DNA of 64,000 bases. Origin: Paramoeba atlantica (taxonomy: Eukaryota > Protista > Discosea). Shown in pieces: positions 20,406 through 30,931 of the stretch. Position numbers and translations under genes: made by a program. The notes below the pieces were generated by a model that searched no databases, had not been told where the DNA came from, and worked only from the letters and a program-made list of their open reading frames with translations. Numbering within the stretch: the stretch's first letter is position 1; each line of letters starts with the position of its first letter. The stretch covers positions 186,001 through 250,000 of the forward strand of contig CDRNVI010000044.1 in NCBI GenBank assembly GCA_977017575.1, written 5' to 3'.

Positions 20406-21983
20406 ATGTTCTTTCCCGCTCTCCTCCTCCTCTCCGCGGCCTCCACCCCTCAGCGTGCTGTCCCGTATGCCCAGGTCGACCACCGCTGTGCGCTACGGGC
20501 CTTTGAGAAGAAACCTGAATTCCCCACTCTCACGGACCGTTTCTCCTCCCTCCTCCAGTGTGCTCCCACAGGGGAAACGGGAAACGAGTCCCCGGAGAGT
20601 GATGACTTCCGGGTCGTCTATCTCTACCCCAGCACCCACACTAATCTGTTCGGTCGTGGCACAGCCTACATGTGTGCGTATGGGGAACACCCGACACGGT
20701 GTGGTACCACGGGCGGGTTTCGTACCCATGCCTCCTCCTGGTGGGACTCGATGAGTAAAGAACAAGAGCGAAACCCCGGAGGGCGTCAAAATACAGGACG
20801 CTACACGACACTGCGGGAGGTGTTTCAATGCGTAGTAAAGGAGGACTATAATTTGATCATGGGCCCCTCTGGAGGGGTGTTGCATCAAGCTGATCTGTTC
20901 GTGAACGTCCCACTGGCCGCGACGCATTTACAGGTGTGTCGGGAGGCGCTGAAGGGGAATCGTGTGGTGCGATGCGCGAGCCGCCGACGGGCACGTAGGT
21001 TTGACGGGATGAACACCCCAAGGAGGAGCGCACGAAAAAGTATGCAGAGTGTGGCCTCTGGGGAGTACTCCACGGAAAGTGTAGCGGAGCAGATACGCAT
21101 TCCGGCCCCGATTTCTGTGCTGCCTCCGATCTCGCCGGCGGAAATGGGCGACCTCTCCGCTACGGGTCGGATTTACTATGACAATGAGGATGAGGGGAGA
21201 GGATTGGAAGATTCCGGAGAAAAAAGGAGTATGGAGATGAGTTACCCCCATGGGTGGTGCCGTCCCACACCTTGGGAAAGTCATGCCTCTGAGTCGCTAC
21301 GGGAGGAGGTGATTACCACTTTCTTTTCACAATTACACTGTCCGTGTTTTGAGGACTTTAGTAAGTCGAAGGCCAAGCTGTCCGAGGCACATTTGTCCTC
21401 CTTCGGGGATGCCCCAACATTAAAGTTCTCTCATATGGAGTGGAAACAGACAGCGAAGCTTCGGCTGCAACATCTAGAGCAACATCACGGCATGTCGCTG
21501 AGCCTCGCTGCGGAGTGCCAGGAAGACTGCATGCCGGCCTTCGGGTTTGCCCCTGAGGAAATTGCTGATGTTTTTCACCACAATGCACAAGAAATGGCAG
21601 AAGCAATTCAAGAAAGAGTTTCGGAAATAGTCTATCATGAGGACAATCCTTTTAAGACGTGCCCTATCCCTCAAAGATTTCGACGTCCGGACGACGTGGA
21701 ATGTGAGTGCATGCTGGATCAGGAAGTATCTGACATAGAGAGCAGTAAGGATGTCTCCTCAGACTACTCGGTTGTGTACGCTGACGAGGATCCGGAAGAC
21801 GATGTGTCCTTGGACGCAAAAAACCCACTGGTTACTTTTTTTACATATTGCTGTGGAGTTTACTCTTTTCTGAGCAGTTCGTCTCTTAGTTTGGCATCCA
21901 CGAATCAGTGGGATGCAGTGTATTGTATGTGCTCTACAACTTTAGTAGCATTAGCTTCATTTTTTGATGCAATGATGAAGTAG
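20406..21983 (+). CDS. Hypothetical signal-peptide protein ending in the same module as 19425-20099
   Basis: 525-aa ORF; C-terminal DVSSDYSVVYADED...TYCCGVYS...NQW...DAM. Confidence 0.75.
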   Translation: MFFPALLLLSAASTPQRAVPYAQVDHRCALRAFEKKPEFPTLTDRFSSLLQCAPTGETGNESPESDDFRVVYLYPSTHTNLFGRGTAYMCAYGEHPTRCGTTGGFRTHASSWWDSMSKEQERNPGGRQNTGRYTTLREVFQCVVKEDYNLIMGPSGGVLHQADLFVNVPLAATHLQVCREALKGNRVVRCASRRRARRFDGMNTPRRSARKSMQSVASGEYSTESVAEQIRIPAPISVLPPISPAEMGDLSATGRIYYDNEDEGRGLEDSGEKRSMEMSYPHGWCRPTPWESHASESLREEVITTFFSQLHCPCFEDFSKSKAKLSEAHLSSFGDAPTLKFSHMEWKQTAKLRLQHLEQHHGMSLSLAAECQEDCMPAFGFAPEEIADVFHHNAQEMAEAIQERVSEIVYHEDNPFKTCPIPQRFRRPDDVECECMLDQEVSDIESSKDVSSDYSVVYADEDPEDDVSLDAKNPLVTFFTYCCGVYSFLSSSSLSLASTNQWDAVYCMCSTTLVALASFFDAMMK

Positions 21984-22417
21984 GAGCTTGTAAATACGTA
22001 GGAGCTATAGAAATATGTAGAAAAACATCGTTGTGATATACATATAGCTGTTCGACTCCAGATTGGTAAAATCGAATACTTCACGCGAATGGTTTCAAGA
22101 GTCTCACGGGACAATTTCAAGAGTTCCTTTACAATAAGAAAGAATAGAGTTAATCTAGTCTAATAACGTTAGAAAGCTAATTAGGATTATTGATTGAAAT
22201 AATAGAATAGTTCTTGAATCGGGGGGTATGCAACGGTCATTAAAACGCATTTAAAAATGTACTTTACGTTTAGGGCGTATCTAGTAGTGTTACACTTTAC
22301 TTAACTAAAAACGAATACTTCGTTCATGGTTGATTATCACTTGACTTGCCATCTAAAACGGCAAAAGACTTTTCTGTCAAAAGAAATTATTTTTCACTTG
22401 TTTATATTACTGACTTG

Positions 22418-22537
22418 ATGGCCGAGACTAACAGTACGAATAAATCGTGTTCATGTGGTTGTGACACTTGTAGCTCCGACGGGAAAAAATGCCTTTGTAA
22501 TTGTCCGGAGTGCAAATGCGGGTGCCAAAGCGGTTAA
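22418..22537 (+). CDS. Metallothionein-like peptide (39 aa, 10 Cys)
   Basis: MAETNSTNKSCSCGCDTCSSDGKKCLCNCPECKCGCQSG; CxCxC and CxC clusters, no aromatic residues; T-rich tract upstream. Confidence 0.7.
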   Translation: MAETNSTNKSCSCGCDTCSSDGKKCLCNCPECKCGCQSG

Positions 22538-23128
22538 TACTGGTATGAAAGTAAATAAATGCGGCTGACCTTAAATTTTACCGGACTTTCAATTGTACTG
22601 GCTCTCTGATAGAGAAGAGAGAACAAAACCTGTTGTATGCGGCGAAAATTTTGCTACCTTTTTTGCTTTCTTCACAATCAAATGCTTCAAGCGCTAGAGC
22701 ACAGATCAAATACTGCATTTCGATTGCTCCGTATTAGATAATGGACTGTACATATTTTGGATTTGTTTCCTCCTTTTTTCAAATTTTTGATCTGAAGAAA
22801 AATTGTACACTATATAATTTATTATGTAGTACTTTATTATAGTGTATATTATATAGCGTATAAATTCATATTATGAATTTATAACACGCCGCGTGGCCTC
22901 AAATCATTGAATTTGATACTAAACATTACTAAAATAGTGTGATGCTATAAAATCACAAAAGAATAAGTCACTATATATTTTGTGCGCGTACGCGAAACTT
23001 TTACAAAGATAGTTGATCTCCTTAATCTTTAAGCACGGCTAACGGTTATATTTTGTTTTACTCGCAGAACAATACTTTTAATTGATCACAAACCTAGACA
23101 TTTTTGCAGACACTGCACCTTTTCATTA

Positions 23129-24547
23129 ATGTCATGGGCCTCTCTATTGCGAGAATCGAAAAAGGAAAATCCGACCTCGCAAGGAACTGGAGTTGATTCC
23201 GACGAGAAATCTCAAAGCATTGTTCAAAGCCTTCGACCCCCCACTGTGGTTTTATCAACAGCGAACTCCTCTCTGCAGTCTGGCGTTGAAAATCTGATAA
23301 CAAGAATATCCGATTCGAATTTTACTGTAGATGCCCTTCAAAGTGGTAATGACACGCGAATACATCCCATAGATGCTGATACTGGCCCTGTGGCTTCGCG
23401 TATTGTCTTAGACACCGGTGCCTTCCTTCGTGTACCCAACTGGAGTGAATTAGCGGATGAAATCTACACCGTCCCGGAAGTGCTACGAGAGATACGTGAT
23501 GCTCGTCATCGACAGGCACTGCAAAACGCTCTTTGTGAGATCAAGGTTCATTCCCCCGGCCCTAACGCCGTGAGTACGGTCATTGCACACACCAAACAGA
23601 GTGGCGATTTCTCTTCTCTCAGTCGCACAGATTTGAAAGTTATGGCTCTGACCTATCAACTCGCCAAAGAGGCCGGCGTGTTGCAGGAAAAAGATTCACA
23701 TTCCGCAGATGGCACAGAAAGTGAGTTGGAAAAGAGTGAAGTTGGGCAAAATAGGTCAAAAGAATGTTGCAGCGACGAGAATTCTGAGACCGAAATAGAA
23801 AGTCAGACAAACTCGGCATCTGAGGAATGGGCAGAGTACGAAGAAAACGAGAAAGAGGATGACGATTGGATAACAAGCGAGAACTTACAGGAGCGCATTG
23901 CTCAAGACAGTTCAGGGATCAAGCAGTTGAGTTGCGAAGACAATTCTCGAATTTATGTACCTACGGCAGAAGATATCCACACAGCGGATGTGCCCACCGT
24001 TTCGTGTTTAACAATTGATTTCTCCATGCAGAATGCACTGATGCACTTAGGCGTTCCGGTTATTGGGACTGATGGTCGTATTATTAAAAGAATTCGTACA
24101 TGGGTATTGAGATGTCACGCATGTTATACAATAGTGCACGACAGTGATCGTCAGTTTTGTCCCAGTTGCGGATCAGGAAACACATTAAAGAAAGTGAGCT
24201 ACTCCATTGACAAAGATACTGGGGAACACAAAATGTGGATCAATTGGAGCCGCCGTATTAATACACGTGGAATCCGATACAGTATTCCAAAGCCTCGGTG
24301 GGGTGCGCATGGGACAAACAAGACATTAGCATTAAGAGAGGACCAGTTACGGGATTTTGGTAAACCAAAGAGCCTTCGGAACAAGCAGCACTTACGTGAA
24401 TTGATGCGCGAGCAAGATCCTGACCGTGGATCTTATCTTGGCGCAGACTACAAAAAGAAGGCTGGCCATCGACTGCGCGAAAATTCTAGCTACTCAAGAT
24501 TCAACATTAACGAGCGCAGGAATTTGCGAGCCGCACACCGAAAGTAA
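23129..24547 (+). CDS. NOB1: NOB1 20S pre-rRNA D-site endonuclease
   Basis: PIN domain (IVLDTGAF, LSRTDLKVMAL), EDDDWIT, TIDFSMQN, and zinc ribbon RCHAC...FCPSCGSGNTL. Confidence 0.93.
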   Translation: MSWASLLRESKKENPTSQGTGVDSDEKSQSIVQSLRPPTVVLSTANSSLQSGVENLITRISDSNFTVDALQSGNDTRIHPIDADTGPVASRIVLDTGAFLRVPNWSELADEIYTVPEVLREIRDARHRQALQNALCEIKVHSPGPNAVSTVIAHTKQSGDFSSLSRTDLKVMALTYQLAKEAGVLQEKDSHSADGTESELEKSEVGQNRSKECCSDENSETEIESQTNSASEEWAEYEENEKEDDDWITSENLQERIAQDSSGIKQLSCEDNSRIYVPTAEDIHTADVPTVSCLTIDFSMQNALMHLGVPVIGTDGRIIKRIRTWVLRCHACYTIVHDSDRQFCPSCGSGNTLKKVSYSIDKDTGEHKMWINWSRRINTRGIRYSIPKPRWGAHGTNKTLALREDQLRDFGKPKSLRNKQHLRELMREQDPDRGSYLGADYKKKAGHRLRENSSYSRFNINERRNLRAAHRK

Positions 24548-24804
24548 GCAAGGAGTAAGCAACGCATTTCGGATCATCTTGCTTTGAAGTTTTACTATTA
24601 CAATTGTTTATTTTTTACATGAAAAGGTTGATCACTGCACCGACATTTATACAAAAAAATCAGAAATTCTGAAATAGTTATTTACGTCGTTGATGCAAAG
24701 CTTTTGCGACGTTCGGTAAACCTATGAATTCATGAATTACCCCAATTTTTCACCAAAGAAATCGTTTGACCTCATAGTAAAATACCTACATATCCCAAAT
24801 AGAA

Positions 24805-25851
24805 ATGAAGGGTGCGATACGGAAAGAAAAGCATGCTGCCATGGAAGGGGTTGTAACAGCTCGGTACAAAAAGTTCGGACACCGATTTGAGATCTTATTG
24901 CATAAAAATAGAACCGTCAGTGAAATAGAAAAACGTGATCGAAAACAAAAGTTAGAATCACTACCCGAGGGATGCGATATTGATTCTCTTCTTTATCGGC
25001 CTCTGATTTTTTCTAATGCGGCGAAACAAGAGCCCGCGAAGCTTTCCACTCTACAAGAAGCCTTTGGGACTACCGAGTTGAAAGCAGTAGCCCAAGAAAT
25101 ATTATTCAAAGGAGAAATCATGCATGGAAAGAATGAGGAGCGTCAGGAAAGAACAAAGACCGATCATGCACAACTAGCTAGACTCTCTGAAGCGATTTGT
25201 TTGAGAATTACTCGTCCTAAACTTGAAAATGAAAAGAGAACTTCCCACTTATCAGCGGGTGAAATAGAGCATGAACTAAAATCATTAAAATATAAACTGT
25301 GCGATCCTCATGAGGTCAAATTATGCCGTGATGAGTACAATATTCTCCGAGCGATACGGGCGTTATACGATTCGCGGATTTTGGGGGACATTGTGCGCTC
25401 CCTTAAAAGTTTAGTATTTGACTTCTGTCACAAGCCGACGGTAGAAAATATTTGCAAGGAATCCAAGTATTTATTTTACTCAGCCGTATACGTCGGAGCA
25501 CAAAGCGGCCTTGCCTGTTTATTGGTTTTTGATCCCTATATCCAGGAAGATTTGTTTAGCCGCCTAGTACAAGCCGGTGTCACTAGTAAGCAAGATGCTT
25601 TAAAGCGCGCTTCAATCCATTTTCCGACCAAATCCTGTCCGATTGACCTTATGTGTCTACTTGAGGTCTTGAATGAGCATAGTACGAACCATTGCACTAA
25701 AAACGGCGCGGATGATACTGGTTTGGCGAATTCACGAAAGAGTGGCCATGTAACAAAAGGAAAAAAAGGGAAAGCTGACCAATCTGAACACAAGACAAAG
25801 AACAGTATGAATTCACTTGAAACAGAATTGGCTGGCCTTGGTTTGCGCTAA
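24805..25851 (+). CDS. SBDS: SBDS/Sdo1-like ribosome maturation protein (divergent)
   Basis: VVTARYKKFGHRFEI, IFSNAAK...L..AFGTT...VA.EILFKGEI match the SBDS N-terminal domain. Confidence 0.7.
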   Translation: MKGAIRKEKHAAMEGVVTARYKKFGHRFEILLHKNRTVSEIEKRDRKQKLESLPEGCDIDSLLYRPLIFSNAAKQEPAKLSTLQEAFGTTELKAVAQEILFKGEIMHGKNEERQERTKTDHAQLARLSEAICLRITRPKLENEKRTSHLSAGEIEHELKSLKYKLCDPHEVKLCRDEYNILRAIRALYDSRILGDIVRSLKSLVFDFCHKPTVENICKESKYLFYSAVYVGAQSGLACLLVFDPYIQEDLFSRLVQAGVTSKQDALKRASIHFPTKSCPIDLMCLLEVLNEHSTNHCTKNGADDTGLANSRKSGHVTKGKKGKADQSEHKTKNSMNSLETELAGLGLR

Positions 25852-26218
25852 ATCGTGCGGAAATTTAGATTGATACGGCATCAATCCTGTCGACATCAGC
25901 AGTACATTTCTAGCCCCTGTTTTCTATTTCTAGCTCCTTTTATTAACTATTCTAATCTTCACAATTGTTCGACTTGAAGTCGAACCCAAGAAGTCACCAC
26001 AACCCAAGAAGTTCTTCGGTGAATCACATTAAATGGTAGACGTGCATTCATTTTAGGCATCCTATGTATATTGTACATGAAGCATGAAACGAAAAGTTTT
26101 GATGCTTTATTTCATTACAGTAGTGCATATTGATTTATGCGAACTGATACTTTGCTTTTGTTTTTGTCGTTTAAAGAATCAAATACAAGTTTATTGATAA
26201 AAGAGTGTAAAATATGTC

Positions 26219-27019
26219 ATGGCGAAGAGCGCACCTATGGTTAAATCACAAGCGCCTGTACAAGCGCCTGTATCTCGAAAGTATCGTGCAAAACTAGGGA
26301 CGTTATTGCAGGAGTTCTTATTGCGGGCTAGAGACACAAACGCAGCGTCGAAAACTGTGGAAGGGACAAATTCGTATCTAAAATACAATGTGCCAAGTGA
26401 GGTGTGCTTCTTATGTAAAGTGGACGACCCTCACGCTAATTTGTCCTACTTTATTCTGTATTGTACTTTGGTTAGTAATTCAGTAAATACTTCTTCGTTT
26501 CGTATTGACGAATCCTCGTGCCGAATGATTCCGGGTTTGAACACTGCTGATAAACTCTCTGGCGAAAGCGTTTTTGAAGGGATACAATTCACTTTAGGCG
26601 CATCAAAAGTTCACGTTGATATGGAGCGACAAATTATTACTCCGGCTTCTCACCCCACAAGTTCCACGTATGAAATAAAACTGCGTATGTCGATACCACG
26701 TAACCTAACCAACAACTCCTTTGACAAAAGTGACGCTACAGAGACGACGATTTACTTTGGATCAGTGACGTATTACGGAAGTTTAATAGGGACGAAAGAC
26801 TGCGCAATGTTTCCAACAGTTTTAATGCTACCGCTTGATCCAACTTCTACTTATTCGTCCCCAACCAGTTTTTTAGAACTAATTTCTGGTTATGGAACGT
26901 TTTCATGTGAAGAAACTAAATCTTGTCCTCGTAACTCTGAGGTAACTCTTGGCGAAAAAATGTCCCGCGATAGTGCTATGGATGATGATGATGTCGACAT
27001 AATTGAATTCGAAGACTAA
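26219..27019 (+). CDS. Hypothetical protein
   Basis: 266-aa ORF in the gene array with an acidic tail; family not recognised. Confidence 0.7.
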   Translation: MAKSAPMVKSQAPVQAPVSRKYRAKLGTLLQEFLLRARDTNAASKTVEGTNSYLKYNVPSEVCFLCKVDDPHANLSYFILYCTLVSNSVNTSSFRIDESSCRMIPGLNTADKLSGESVFEGIQFTLGASKVHVDMERQIITPASHPTSSTYEIKLRMSIPRNLTNNSFDKSDATETTIYFGSVTYYGSLIGTKDCAMFPTVLMLPLDPTSTYSSPTSFLELISGYGTFSCEETKSCPRNSEVTLGEKMSRDSAMDDDDVDIIEFED

Positions 27020-27165
27020 ATCATCTGCCGTAACAGTATTCTGATGTGATTCTTTTAAAAATTTATTATTTTGAGTCATGTATTATACGTTTTCATGGCA
27101 TTACATCCATTGCATTGTATTGCCAACTTAAAATATAGTTGCCTACGTGTTTATATTTAGTCCCG

Positions 27166-29802
27166 ATGTATCGGAAATGCCTTATCGGTCTAACAAAGTC
27201 CGGCACAAACATTCCATCAAAGAAAACAGGAAAGGAGCGTTCCCAAAACTTGGCTAAGGAACAGGCTTTGAAAAAACTTCAGCTGAACGAGACAACGAAA
27301 CCAATTCAACAAGTCGTAAAAGCATCGTACGCGAAAGGAACGGATGATCATCCTGCTGCCACGGAGAAGTTAAAAACAGCCACACCCTCCAAGCCAGTGA
27401 CTCCTGCGCCACTTAGCCAACCTGATCGTCCGGCACACCCCTTTTTCGGTGCCTATTTTAATTTTCCTGGTGTTCCTGTACACGACACTGAAAACAGCCG
27501 TGCTAAGGCGGAAGTGGGATCCAGTATCCTTCCATCTCAAAATTCCCGAAAACCAATCGGGTTTTCCTGCGCCTCCGAGACCGACGCCAGGGGGATTATT
27601 GAATATGAAAAACACTACGCGTATCCCCAGGGGCTACAGCGACGATGGCATCATTTCGCTGAGTTCGCCCGCGAGTCCCCCAAGATGGCCTTTCGACAGC
27701 TTGCGATTCGTCTCATTCAAGGTGGGATCACGGGATACGCGCTATACTACGTCTACCGGCGCTACTTTGGCGACGGGTACATTCGAACGGTCTCCGAGAC
27801 CGACGGCATTTCCTACCTCCTCGACCCTCGCAACCCTGTGGACTCCATCCACGTCCACACAACCCAGCGTGAAGCCATCGTCTACCTCCCCCACACCGCC
27901 CACCCCGCAACCTCCCATTTCCGGTTCCATCTCACCACACTCTCCCACCTCGAGAGTTTCCTCCTCGCCACCTCCGGTCCCCCCTCCCTCACGGTCGACC
28001 ACAACGCACGCTGGTCCCCACTCTCCTCCCTCACCGGAGTCCTCTCCTCCCTTTTTCGTCCCTTTCGAGGTGAAGCTCAAACCCCACCCTCCCCATCCCA
28101 GAGGCTTCAACCCACCTCTCCTACTAACATTACTCATAAAAACATGAACCACGACCACAACCACACTAGCACGAGTAGTCACCCCGACCCCCACCACCCC
28201 CAGCGCCCCCTCTACTACAGCTACACCGTGGGCTTCCCCTGGACCCCCCTCCTCCTTCTCGCCTTCCTCCCCCTCCTCGCGGTCCTCCACACCCGCTTCC
28301 GCCTCGCGCGCTCCGCCCTGAGCGCCAAACCGCTAAGTCTCTTCGGGGCCCCCGCGAGGGGGACCAAAGCCAACGGGGAGCACTTCTTTAAACTCATCAA
28401 GGAGCGACCGAGGACCCGGTTCGGGGAGATTGCCGGGATGGCGGAGCCCAAGCACGAGGTGCGGGAGGTGGTGGAGTTCCTGGCCCACCCCCAGCGGTTC
28501 GCCCGGCTCGGGGCGACCGTGCCGAAGGGGATTATGTTATCGGGGGTCCCGGGGGTGGGGAAGACGTTACTCGCGAAGGCGGTCGCCGGGGAGGCCCGGG
28601 TGAATTTCATCTCCTGTGCCGGGAGTGAGTTTGTGGAGATTTTTGTCGGCGTCGGGGCCTCCCGGGTGCGGGATTTGTTTGTGGCGGCCAGGGAGGCGGC
28701 CCCGTGTGTGGTGTTTATTGATGAGATTGATGCGTTCGCAAAGTCACGAAGGATGGCGCATAAGGGAGGGATGGGACAAAGTGAGGGGGATAACACGGTG
28801 AATGCGCTGCTGTCGGAGATGGATGGGTTTCACTCGCATGCGGGGGTGGTGGTGATTGCGGGGACGAACCGGGTGGATATTTTAGATGAGGCGTTGCTTC
28901 GTCCGGGGCGGTTTGACCGGCGCGTACATATTGATCCTCCGCCCTACCCGGACCGCGTGGAGATCTTTAAAGTGCATTTAAAACCACTGAAACTTACCGC
29001 CGGGTCGGCTGAAGCTGTAGATGGTACAGCGAAGAAGCTAGCCTCCCTGACCCCAGGCAACACGGGGGCGGATATCAAAAACATTTGCAACGAGGCCGCC
29101 ATTATTGCTGCCCGTGAGTCCAAGACCTCAGTGGACATGGAGTCCTTTCAAAAAGGAATGGAGCGCGTGCAAATCGGACTCAAGCGACAATCTCGTGTGC
29201 TGACACCCAGTGAGAAAAAGCGCCTCGCGTTCCACGAGGCGGGTCACGCCGTGGTCAACTGGCATCTTCGTCACGTCGACCCGGTGTGTAAGGTCTCTAT
29301 CGTACAATATGGCGGCGACCGTACCAGTGTAAATCAAAAGCTCCCTCATGAGAAGTACATACAAACCCAGGCAGAGCTCGAGGAGCGTATCTGTGACATG
29401 CTAGGCGGGGTGGCCTCTGAAGAGTATTTCCTCTCCGAGCTCTCCTCCAGTGCGGCGGAGGATATGAACCGAGCCACCGGGCTGGCCTACCAATGCGTCG
29501 TGCGGTATGGGATGTGTCCCGGGGAGGTCGGACACTTTTCCTATCCGGAAAGCCAGGATCAGGTTGCGGTACAAAAGCCTTACGGCTCGGTAGTGGAGAG
29601 GGCCGTAGACGGGGCAGTGGCGCAATGGGTGTCCCGGGCTCGGGACCAGGCTCGGGCGTTGATCGAATCCCACGAGTCACAAGTTCGTGCCCTGCAGGGT
29701 CTGTTGATGGAGAAGGAAACCCTCTCAGCGGTGGATTTGATTCTGGTTATGGGACACCGTGAGCAAACAAGTAGTGAACTTCGAGAGTATCTGACGTCTT
29801 GA
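27166..29802 (+). CDS. FtsH/m-AAA (AFG3L2/paraplegin-like) ATP-dependent metalloprotease
   Basis: Two N-terminal TMs, Walker A GVPGVGKT, Walker B VFIDEID, SRH LLRPGRFDR, and HEAGH zinc motif. Confidence 0.93.
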   Translation: MYRKCLIGLTKSGTNIPSKKTGKERSQNLAKEQALKKLQLNETTKPIQQVVKASYAKGTDDHPAATEKLKTATPSKPVTPAPLSQPDRPAHPFFGAYFNFPGVPVHDTENSRAKAEVGSSILPSQNSRKPIGFSCASETDARGIIEYEKHYAYPQGLQRRWHHFAEFARESPKMAFRQLAIRLIQGGITGYALYYVYRRYFGDGYIRTVSETDGISYLLDPRNPVDSIHVHTTQREAIVYLPHTAHPATSHFRFHLTTLSHLESFLLATSGPPSLTVDHNARWSPLSSLTGVLSSLFRPFRGEAQTPPSPSQRLQPTSPTNITHKNMNHDHNHTSTSSHPDPHHPQRPLYYSYTVGFPWTPLLLLAFLPLLAVLHTRFRLARSALSAKPLSLFGAPARGTKANGEHFFKLIKERPRTRFGEIAGMAEPKHEVREVVEFLAHPQRFARLGATVPKGIMLSGVPGVGKTLLAKAVAGEARVNFISCAGSEFVEIFVGVGASRVRDLFVAAREAAPCVVFIDEIDAFAKSRRMAHKGGMGQSEGDNTVNALLSEMDGFHSHAGVVVIAGTNRVDILDEALLRPGRFDRRVHIDPPPYPDRVEIFKVHLKPLKLTAGSAEAVDGTAKKLASLTPGNTGADIKNICNEAAIIAARESKTSVDMESFQKGMERVQIGLKRQSRVLTPSEKKRLAFHEAGHAVVNWHLRHVDPVCKVSIVQYGGDRTSVNQKLPHEKYIQTQAELEERICDMLGGVASEEYFLSELSSSAAEDMNRATGLAYQCVVRYGMCPGEVGHFSYPESQDQVAVQKPYGSVVERAVDGAVAQWVSRARDQARALIESHESQVRALQGLLMEKETLSAVDLILVMGHREQTSSELREYLTS

Positions 29803-30011
29803 CGGTGGGTTCTTTTTTTCAACTTGGTAGTGTCATTTGTGATTTGATTGTCATTTTGTTCAAGGATCTTTAGTATCTACAGGTGCAGTTAAATATATAG
29901 AGTGTACAATGTGTAACTAATAGGGACAGGACCTGTACTTACTATACTACTTGCTAAATCCTTCTGTTACGTATTTCTATCCATATCATCTATCAAAATC
30001 AAGAAGGCCGT

Positions 30012-30503
30012 ATGTACCGCTTTTTACCTCGTAAGCTTCAGGCCGCTGTCGAGCTCTCCGCAACAGAATCAAATCTAAATAAAAAATGTCAGGTCCTCTA
30101 TAATCTTCTGATTGGAGAGACCGCTTTCAAGAATAAAGTACCCTTGCGCCTCAGTTATGTCGAGAAAAGTTTTGGAACCAATTGGAGATCTGACTTGGAG
30201 AGCTGGGTATCTCAGAATATGTCTAAAAAAGACCAAGAATTGTGCACGCGACAAATCAATCGGCTTCTTCTTACAGCATACACGAATCGCGAACTCTCCA
30301 CATTCTTGGCACCGCATGGTGTTCATGGTCTAGAAAACACAGCGAGATCCTCTCAAATTGAGGACGGTGTGGCGTTTTTGAAAGAAAAAGGTGAGGACGA
30401 ATTTCGGAAGATGGTGTCTCGCGAGGGGAAATTAGTGAACTGGTCATCCACAATGCAAAATAACTTTATTGACTCAGTGATACAGACATGGAAGAGAAAG
30501 TAA
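30012..30503 (+). CDS. Hypothetical protein, possibly mitochondrial
   Basis: 163-aa ORF with a basic amphipathic N-terminus (MYRFLPRKL); family not recognised. Confidence 0.7.
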   Translation: MYRFLPRKLQAAVELSATESNLNKKCQVLYNLLIGETAFKNKVPLRLSYVEKSFGTNWRSDLESWVSQNMSKKDQELCTRQINRLLLTAYTNRELSTFLAPHGVHGLENTARSSQIEDGVAFLKEKGEDEFRKMVSREGKLVNWSSTMQNNFIDSVIQTWKRK

Positions 30504-30931
30504 CGAGAGCGTACGATTAGTAATATCAGTAGCCGCTGGTTGTCCCCCTTTTTGTATCATTCTCAATCATTTAAAAGGCCCACTTTCTCCACATTACTTT
30601 CTACACGACATTGTCGAAAACTGTTGCATCATAATTTACTACTAGATTACTAGACATTAGTAAAAGACATGGCAATTAATTACGCGTCAGAGTGTGATTT
30701 CTTTATGGATAAATTATAACCCCTCCCCAGAAAGTTGTTCCCCAGATAACATTTGCTGTTGTGCTTGTAGTTTATAGCAAAGCGTTTTTTCAAATGCTTG
30801 ACAACACTCTATGTTATGTATTCGCCTTTTACTATTAGAGCTTAGTGCCGATTATTCCAGTACCTTGCGTATTTGCGTCAGATACATGAATTTATTATTC
30901 CTTGCGTCAGGCTTCTACATCTTGAAATAGG

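Noticed and set aside
27370-29822. Numerous long overlapping or antisense ORFs within the FtsH gene (and similar ones at 20.4-21.6 and 39.1-39.9 kb)
   Set aside because: These are by-products of the local GC-rich, skewed composition, with low-complexity translations and no motifs.
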